The notes beneath the pieces are model-generated. The model was not told the DNA's origin and did not search any database. It saw only the letters and a list, made by a program, of their open reading frames with translations. DNA of 64,000 nucleotides from a candidate division FCPU426 bacterium (GTDB lineage Bacteria; Oederibacteriota; Muellerivitia; Muellerivitales; Muellerivitaceae), in the NCBI GenBank assembly GCA_963738405.1, contig CAVTWJ010000009.1, positions 192,001-256,000 on the forward strand, given 5' to 3'. Below are positions 57,522 to 64,000 of this stretch, one piece after another. A program made the position numbers and the translations under genes. The first letter of the stretch is position 1. Each line of letters starts with the position of its first letter.

Positions 57522-60500
57522 ATGATTTCCAAACTGATCGACTGGTGCGGTAAGAACAAATTCCTAGTATCTCTCGGGATGCTGGTCATTATTTTCTGGG
57601 GTATTTGGGCGCTGAAAAACATCCCCCTGGACGCCATTCCTGACATCTCGGACACCCAGGTGGTGGTTTACGCCAAATGGATGAAGAGCCCGGACATATT
57701 GGAAGACCAGGTGGCTTATCCCATCGTGCGGGCGCTTTTGGGCGCGCCGAAGGTCAAGACCATCCGGGCCTTCTCGGATTTCGGCTACAGCTATGTTTAC
57801 ATTCTCTTTGACGACGGGACGGACCCCTATTGGGCCCGGAGCCGGGTTCTGGAATACCTTTCCAAAGTGCAGGGGAACCTGCCCGAGGGGGTGAAAGTAG
57901 AAATGGGCCCGGACGCTACGGGCGTAGGATGGGTTTACCAATACGCCCTGGTCGACAAAACCGGCCAGCACACGTTATCCGAATTGAAAAGCTACCAGGA
58001 CTGGAACCTGCGCTACCAGCTTCAAAGTCTTTCCGGCGTGGCGGAAGTATCCACCGTGGGCGGCGAGACCAAGCAATACCAGGTCGAGGTCAACCCGAAC
58101 GCACTGGCATCCTATGACCTCACTTTCGGACAGGTTCTGGACGCGGTGAGAAATTCCAACCGGGACGTGGGCGGAAGGCTTTTGGAAATCAACGGCGCCG
58201 AATACATGATCCGGGGCCTGGGTTATTTAAAAGGCATTTCGGACATTGAAAGGGTAGTGGTGGGCCGGGACAAACAGGGCACTCCCATCTTCATCGGGGA
58301 TATCGCCCATGTGCAGACGGGCCCGGAGGTTCGCCGGGGCGTAGCCGAATTGGATGGGGAAGGCGAAGTGGTAGGCGGTATCGTGACCGCCCGCTACGGC
58401 GAAAACGCGCTTTCCGTCATCCGGCGGGTAAAACAAAAACTGGAAGAGATCAAACCATCGCTTCCTCCGGGAGTGGAAGTGGTTCCGGTTTACGACCGGT
58501 CGGAACTCATCAACAAGTCCATCGATACCCTGACCCATGAACAGATCAAGCTGGCTATCGCGGTGGCGCTGGTGTGCCTGGTCTTTTTATGGCACCTGCC
58601 TTCGGCCCTCGTCATCATCCTCACCCTGCCCCTGGCCGTTTTGATGTCCTTTATCTGCATGAAATACCTGGGGGTCTCCTCGAACATCATGAGCCTGGGG
58701 GGCATCGCCATCGCCATTGGGGCCATGGTGGACGCTTCCATCATCATGGTCGAAAACGCCTGCAAGAGGCTGGAAGAATGGGAAATCGGCGGCCAAAAAG
58801 GCGATCGCACCGAGGTGATATTGAACGCGGCCAAGGAAGTGGGGCCGTCGCTTTTTTATACCCTGCTGGTCATCACGGTCGGGTTCCTTCCTGTATTCGC
58901 CCTGCAGGGGCAAGAAGGCAAGCTCTTCTCGCCCCTGGCCTACACCAAAACCTTTTCCATGTTCTTCGCGGCTTTCCTCGCCGTCACGGTGACGCCCTTC
59001 CTGATGGTGATCTTTCTGAAGGGAAAAATTTTGACCGAGGAAGAACACCCCCTGAATCGATTATTGGATAGGCTCTACACCCGCCCGGCCAAGTGGGTTT
59101 TGGAAAACCAAAAAAAGACGATTCTCGCGGCCCTGGGGCTGATCTTGGTGACGGTCTTTCCCCTTTCCCGGTTGGGAAGCGAATTCATGCCACCCCTTTG
59201 GGAAGGATCGCTTCTCTATATGCCCACCACCCTACCAGGGGTATCGGTCACCGAGGCGGCAAGGATTCTTCAAACCCAGGATCGGATCATCAAGTCCTTC
59301 CCCGAGGTAGAAAGGGTCTTCGGCAAGGCGGGGAGGGCCGAAACCTCGCTCGATCCGGCTCCCTTTTCAATGGTGGAAACCACCATCACCCTCAAACCGG
59401 AAAGCCAATGGCGCAAGGGCATGACACAGGAAAAACTGATCCACGATTTGAATGAAGCCCTTCAGTTTCCCGGTTATACCAACGCCATGACCATGCCCAT
59501 CATCAACCGCATCAACATGCTTACCACGGGCGTGCGCACACCCATCGGCATCAAGGTCTTGGGAACGGACTTTAAAACCATCGAACGGGTCGGGATCGAT
59601 GTCGAAAAAGCCCTTACCAATCTCAAGGGCACCTCCAGCGTCTATGCCGAACGAGTGACTGGGGGTTATTACGTCGACATCACTCCCCGCAAGGACCAGA
59701 TCGCTCGTTACGGGCTTCGCATTGAGGACGTGAACGAAATTATCGAGATGGCCATTGGCGGAGATACCGTCACTACGACGGTGGAGGGTCGGGAACGATA
59801 CTCGGTGAGCGTGCGTTATGCCAAAGATTTCCGGGACGACGTGGATAAACTGCGCCGTGTTTTGGTGACCACTGCGTCAGGAAGCAAGGTTCAGCTCGGA
59901 CAACTTGCTGATGTTAGCCTCTCTCTGGGGCCCGGCATGATTCGGGATGAAAACGGCCTTCTGGCGGGTTATGTGTATGTCGATATTGCCGGAATCGATC
60001 CTGGAACCTATGTTCAATTGGCTAAGAAACTAATTGCCGAAAAGGTACATCTTCCGGTGGGGACCAGCCTGGCCTGGAGCGGCCAGTACGAGTACATGGT
60101 GAGGGCCATGGAACGTCTCAAGATCATGGTTCCGGTGACGCTCCTCATCGTGTTCCTCTTGATTTATTTCAATACCAAATCCTTCACGGAAACCTTCATC
60201 GTGCTGTTAGCGGTGCCTTTTTCCCTCATTGGGGCGGTGTGGCTGCTTTGGGCGCTGGGCTATAACACCTCGGTGGCGGTGTGGGTGGGGGTGATCGCCC
60301 TGGCGGGGCTGGACGCCGAGACGGGGGTGGTGATGCTTCTATACTTGAACCTGTCCTACCGAAAATACCGGGAGGAAGGGAAGATGAACAATCTTCAGGA
60401 CTTGGAAGAATCGGTTATGCATGGGGCGGTGAAAAGGCTTCGCCCCAAACTGATGACGGTCTCGGCGGCCTGGTTTGGGCTGGTGCCGATCCTCTTTTCC

Positions 60501-60680
60501 ACGGGGGTAGGGGCGGATGTGATGAAACGCATCGCGGCGCCCATGGTAGGCGGGGTTTTTACGTCTTTTCTTTTGGAACTTCTGGTTTATCCCGTTTTGT
60601 TTACCTTGTGGAAATGGCATACCGAGGTAAACCCCGAAAAACCCAAGGGTTTTTGGAAAGGGGTGGCCAAAATCGGTTGA
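57522..60680 (+). CDS. cusA: CusA-type Cu(I)/Ag(I) RND efflux pump
   Basis: LDAIPDISDTQV, YWARSRVLEYL, GPDATGVGW, AIGAMVDA; Met triad context LLYMP / PFSMVET / RINML; RLRPKLMT. Confidence 0.95.
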   Translation: MISKLIDWCGKNKFLVSLGMLVIIFWGIWALKNIPLDAIPDISDTQVVVYAKWMKSPDILEDQVAYPIVRALLGAPKVKTIRAFSDFGYSYVYILFDDGTDPYWARSRVLEYLSKVQGNLPEGVKVEMGPDATGVGWVYQYALVDKTGQHTLSELKSYQDWNLRYQLQSLSGVAEVSTVGGETKQYQVEVNPNALASYDLTFGQVLDAVRNSNRDVGGRLLEINGAEYMIRGLGYLKGISDIERVVVGRDKQGTPIFIGDIAHVQTGPEVRRGVAELDGEGEVVGGIVTARYGENALSVIRRVKQKLEEIKPSLPPGVEVVPVYDRSELINKSIDTLTHEQIKLAIAVALVCLVFLWHLPSALVIILTLPLAVLMSFICMKYLGVSSNIMSLGGIAIAIGAMVDASIIMVENACKRLEEWEIGGQKGDRTEVILNAAKEVGPSLFYTLLVITVGFLPVFALQGQEGKLFSPLAYTKTFSMFFAAFLAVTVTPFLMVIFLKGKILTEEEHPLNRLLDRLYTRPAKWVLENQKKTILAALGLILVTVFPLSRLGSEFMPPLWEGSLLYMPTTLPGVSVTEAARILQTQDRIIKSFPEVERVFGKAGRAETSLDPAPFSMVETTITLKPESQWRKGMTQEKLIHDLNEALQFPGYTNAMTMPIINRINMLTTGVRTPIGIKVLGTDFKTIERVGIDVEKALTNLKGTSSVYAERVTGGYYVDITPRKDQIARYGLRIEDVNEIIEMAIGGDTVTTTVEGRERYSVSVRYAKDFRDDVDKLRRVLVTTASGSKVQLGQLADVSLSLGPGMIRDENGLLAGYVYVDIAGIDPGTYVQLAKKLIAEKVHLPVGTSLAWSGQYEYMVRAMERLKIMVPVTLLIVFLLIYFNTKSFTETFIVLLAVPFSLIGAVWLLWALGYNTSVAVWVGVIALAGLDAETGVVMLLYLNLSYRKYREEGKMNNLQDLEESVMHGAVKRLRPKLMTVSAAWFGLVPILFSTGVGADVMKRIAAPMVGGVFTSFLLELLVYPVLFTLWKWHTEVNPEKPKGFWKGVAKIG

Positions 60681-60787
60681 AAAGACGAGTAACTTTAGCC
60701 GGTGGTTCGTCTTATATAAGTGAGATTCGGCGGTTGTTCTCATTCCCCCAAGGGGATGAAACCTATTCAAGTTTGAGGAGAAACAAA

Positions 60788-61093
60788 ATGAAAAAGCTTT
60801 TGAGCTGGGTGCTGGCGGTCGCGGTGGTTTTGGCGGTTCAATCGGTTCGGGCGGATTCCATCACGGGAAGTACGGCCATGACTTCTTCCACTCCCATGGC
60901 CACTCCGGTGATGAAGGCCAAGATGAAGAAGAAGGCCAAAAAACAGGCCATGAAAACGGTCTGGGTCTGCCCCATGGGGGACTATTCGGGTCCAAAGACA
61001 GCAAACGGCAAATGTCCCAATTGCCAAATGGATTTGGTGAAGAAGGAAGTCCCGGCGGACTCAACTACGTCGGCTCCAGCTAAAACGAACTAA
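60788..61093 (+). CDS. Exported heavy-metal-binding domain protein
   Basis: GAGGAG RBS, signal peptide, WVCPMG..GKCPNCQMDLV; ATG at 60788. Confidence 0.8.
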   Translation: MKKLLSWVLAVAVVLAVQSVRADSITGSTAMTSSTPMATPVMKAKMKKKAKKQAMKTVWVCPMGDYSGPKTANGKCPNCQMDLVKKEVPADSTTSAPAKTN

Positions 61094-61119
61094 ACCGGTC
61101 TTACCTTATTTGTTTCTTC

Positions 61120-61150
61120 AAGCGGCCCCTCAAAAGGGGCCGCTTTTTTT
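61120..61150 (+). terminator. Rho-independent terminator
   Basis: AAGCGGCCCCT-CAAA-AGGGGCCGCTT followed by a T tract. Confidence 0.9.
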
Positions 61151-61333
61151 GTGGTTGAAGGATATAACAAGGTTTTCCGTAAGGTTAAACAGGAAAGGTT
61201 CAAAAGAATAAGCCCGTAATTTTTTTCGAATTTATGACTAAGCTCCTATCCTCTTTTTGCCCTTGCGGGTAAAAGACTTGAGGAAGAAACTCTTTGTAGT
61301 TCCGCAAAACGTGACGTTAAAAGAGGGATAGGA

Positions 61334-63529
61334 ATGCTCGACAAAGACCAGGTCAAAACCGCCTCCATCCTCGTGCGGGATTTGCGGATCGCCTTCTCCA
61401 ACTTTTTCCTTTACGCGTCTGAAAACGCCATGGTGAAGCAGTCCCTGGAAAGGCTCTTGGCTTCCCTGGCGGAATTGTTCAAGACCCTTCCGGCCGTCTC
61501 CTTGGGCGAATCCGAAGGACGACTCGTGGTGGAAGGCACCGCGCTCGATGAGAAGTCCACCGGCTCCACCAACATGATCAGAGACCTTTTCCTGACCCAC
61601 AAGATCCACAGCATGACCTTTTTGCCGGGCCTCCAGCTTCCCGAACTGCAGAAATTTCTCGAACTCATGAAGCCCCGGGCCCTGGCCGAAAACCAGACCC
61701 TCTATTCGGCCGCTGAGGCCCAGGGCATCGTGAACGTCAAGGTCAACGAAAAGATGTTCGTGGCCGTCAAGGAAGGGGAGCATGTCGTGGCCGACGGGGA
61801 GGGGATCGAGGGTCTGCAAGGCGAGGAAAATTTCCATGAGGCTCTGGAAGCCCTGCAATATTTTCTTCAAATTTTCGCCAGGGTCCGGCCGGACGCCAAC
61901 AAAAAGGAAGTGGCCCGGAAAATGATGGATCAAATGGGCGGATTATTAACCGCGGAAGATTTCAAGGAGGTGGGGGTCAACCTGCCATCGTTCGCGCCCA
62001 CCGCTGAAGCCCAGGGGAACTGGAACCAAATCCTCTCGGCCTTCCTGGCCATGAAAAACAATCTGGCCTCGGCGAAGGCGCCGGAACAATTGGCGTCGGT
62101 GCAAATGTCCATGGATGACATCCTTAAAAAGCTAGTGATGTTGGGCGAAAGCCAGGGCCTGGGCGGGGGAACGGGGGACAGCTCCGGCATGGACGTGAGC
62201 GGGGTGGACCCCATGGAAGAACGGTTCACTCTCTTTGAGACCGACCCGGTCTTGAGCGCCCTGGACGAGGGCGACCTTTCACCTTTGTCTTCCGCCGCCC
62301 AAGAGGGGGCGGTGGCCCAGCGGATCACCCGGCTTCAGGAGGCGGGGGAGGAAGAACGGTTCACGAAATTGTGGGACGGCCTTTGGCTTTCGGCCCTCAG
62401 CCAACCGGGCGAGGCGCGGGTCGTGTCCCTACGCCATTTGCAAAGGCTGGATTGGGATAAACTCAAACGGGCCTTTCAAAAGGCGGGCATCCAAAAACTG
62501 CGGGAACTTTTCGCGACCGGCCAAACCCCCGAGTCCTTTCCCCTGGTGATGGCCCTTTACCAGAACTGGGTGGGCCGGGAACTCGCCAACCCGGACTGGC
62601 CCGAATTGATTTTGGGGGTTTCAGCCCTCAAGGGCATCGCCTTCCGGGCCGAGGAAGAATTCACGAACCAGGCCGCCCAGGCCCGGAACGCTTTGGAAAC
62701 GCTTTTTTCAAGAAATACCCTGGACCGGCTGGACGCCCTGGAAGTTTCCCCGGACAAGGAAACGGAAACCAGGGAAAGGCTTTTCGTGACGCTGGATTTT
62801 TTAACGGGGCCCTTCTTTATTCAAAGGGCCATGGACAGCGCGGCGGATTCACCCGCTTTCAAAAGGGCTTTTACCCGTCTGGACCGCTTTCAAACACTCC
62901 AGGTGCCGGTTTTGGAACGCTGGTTCCAGGCCGGGGCGCCTCCGGATCGGATCCGGTTGTTTTTGGAACTGCTCAAAAAAATTCCGCCTTCCGCGGCCCT
63001 CTTTGCCCTTTTCCAGAAAAACTGGGAAGGCTTTTCCCCCGAGCAAAAAATCCAGATTCTCGAGGTGGTGGAACGCTGGCATTGGTCCGATTTCCGCCCC
63101 CGGCTCATCGAACTGGTGGGCGCCCAGGACAAAAAGCTGTCCACTCCCGCCCTGAAAACTCTGAGTAAGGTGGGCGTGGAGGGCGATTCTTTCGTCATCG
63201 TGGAAGCCATCAAGGCCTATGGGGCGGAATCACCCGCCAAGGAAGAATTTTGGGTGGAAGCCTGCCGGGTACTGGGGGAAATGGCCGAGGCCTATACCAT
63301 CAACCTGTTGGTGGAATGGGCGGACGGCTACAAGTTTCTCGAGAAAAAAGGCGAGCGGCCCATGGCCGTGCGCGAGGCGGCGGTTGCGGCCCTGGGCCAT
63401 TTCCGGTCCCAGTATGTTTTGAAGTTCCTCATGAAATTGGAAAAGGACGGTGAAAAGGAACTGCGCCCCGCCGTTGAAACCGCCCTGAAATCCGTGCAAG
63501 AAAAATTGTCCGAGGAAACCTCCGCTTAA
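61334..63529 (+). CDS. HEAT-repeat / alpha-solenoid protein
   Basis: C-terminal HEAT-like units (ALKTLSKVG, ACRVLGEM, VREAAVAALGH); N-terminal domain LY....V..SLERL..GRLVVEG..SMTF..GL...EL..FLE. Confidence 0.65.
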   Translation: MLDKDQVKTASILVRDLRIAFSNFFLYASENAMVKQSLERLLASLAELFKTLPAVSLGESEGRLVVEGTALDEKSTGSTNMIRDLFLTHKIHSMTFLPGLQLPELQKFLELMKPRALAENQTLYSAAEAQGIVNVKVNEKMFVAVKEGEHVVADGEGIEGLQGEENFHEALEALQYFLQIFARVRPDANKKEVARKMMDQMGGLLTAEDFKEVGVNLPSFAPTAEAQGNWNQILSAFLAMKNNLASAKAPEQLASVQMSMDDILKKLVMLGESQGLGGGTGDSSGMDVSGVDPMEERFTLFETDPVLSALDEGDLSPLSSAAQEGAVAQRITRLQEAGEEERFTKLWDGLWLSALSQPGEARVVSLRHLQRLDWDKLKRAFQKAGIQKLRELFATGQTPESFPLVMALYQNWVGRELANPDWPELILGVSALKGIAFRAEEEFTNQAAQARNALETLFSRNTLDRLDALEVSPDKETETRERLFVTLDFLTGPFFIQRAMDSAADSPAFKRAFTRLDRFQTLQVPVLERWFQAGAPPDRIRLFLELLKKIPPSAALFALFQKNWEGFSPEQKIQILEVVERWHWSDFRPRLIELVGAQDKKLSTPALKTLSKVGVEGDSFVIVEAIKAYGAESPAKEEFWVEACRVLGEMAEAYTINLLVEWADGYKFLEKKGERPMAVREAAVAALGHFRSQYVLKFLMKLEKDGEKELRPAVETALKSVQEKLSEETSA

Positions 63530-63683
63530 AAATATCCGCCGGTTCGCCGATGGGTCCAAGAATTTTCAAAAGACCTTTATTTAACGTTACTTAAATGGAT
63601 TATTTTTCTCGAAATGATAGCCCTTGAGGAATATAAAGCTTCGGGCCTTGGGGAGAGGCGTAAACAATTGAAGGAGGTTGGAT

Positions 63684-63869
63684 ATGGATTGCAGGACAGT
63701 ATTCCTTCAGTTTAGGGATTACCAAAAGGGTTCTCTGGACAAGAGCCAGATGATTTGGGTGAAGGACCATATCCGAAAATGCCCCGACTGTTACCTCTTG
63801 GACGTTGAAAACCGGAAGGAATACATGAGCCATTGGTCCTTCCTTCGGGAAACAAACGTCACGGCCTAA
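63684..63869 (+). CDS. Small zf-HC2 (ZAS anti-sigma-type zinc finger) protein
   Basis: AAGGAGG RBS; MDC...DY..GSL.......DHIRKCPDC (C..HxxxCxxC). Confidence 0.75.
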   Translation: MDCRTVFLQFRDYQKGSLDKSQMIWVKDHIRKCPDCYLLDVENRKEYMSHWSFLRETNVTA

Positions 63870-63889
63870 GATTCCGCATCTCCTCTTTT

Positions 63890-64000
63890 TTATTTCAATC
63901 GAACCTTTAAGGCCTTATTCAAGCGCGCCCCCTTGAGGTTGACCTGGGCTACGTAAGCTTTTAAATAAACGTTTTTCTTCGCCGCCTGGCGCAGGGTTTT
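63890..64000 (-). CDS. 3' end of an unidentified CDS running off the window
   Basis: Open frame KTLRQAAKKNVYLKAYVAQVNLKGARLNKALKVRLK-stop; too short to assign. Confidence 0.35.
   Translation of the reverse strand, partial: KTLRQAAKKNVYLKAYVAQVNLKGARLNKALKVRLK

Noticed and set aside
60281..60787. 270-aa version of the ORF after cusA
   Set aside because: It overlaps cusA; the RBS and signal peptide support the start at 60788.

Overview
A gene-dense, chromosomal-looking window from a diderm bacterium (porins, TolC, sigma54-type promoter motifs). I see no rRNA, tRNA, CRISPR array or mobile element. Left: system II cytochrome c maturation (CcsA, partial), M32 carboxypeptidase, aldo/keto reductase, Sua5, PEP carboxylase, PurE, LysE, SDRs and a class III adenylate cyclase. 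Middle: a putative operon of four paralogous GT-C-like membrane proteins plus a GH44 glucanase; a STAND ATPase with a degenerate cyclase domain; and two giant secreted GH8 enzymes with (Thr-X)n stalks and T9SS-like C-terminal domains. Next: a Rieske/cytochrome b6-type complex with an octaheme cytochrome c, followed by heme A/O synthase, ABC, SCO and DUF420 genes, but with no oxidase structural subunits. Right: dinB with a palindromic operator, a sigma54-type yceI-porin-SRPBCC operon, a Cus-type copper efflux locus with an internally shortened adaptor and a candidate leader ORF, a HEAT-like protein and a lone zf-HC2 protein. The Thr/Pro-stalked CAZymes recall poorly characterised lineages such as FCPU426, but that assignment is only a guess. 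All family calls come from reading motifs by eye, not from database searches.
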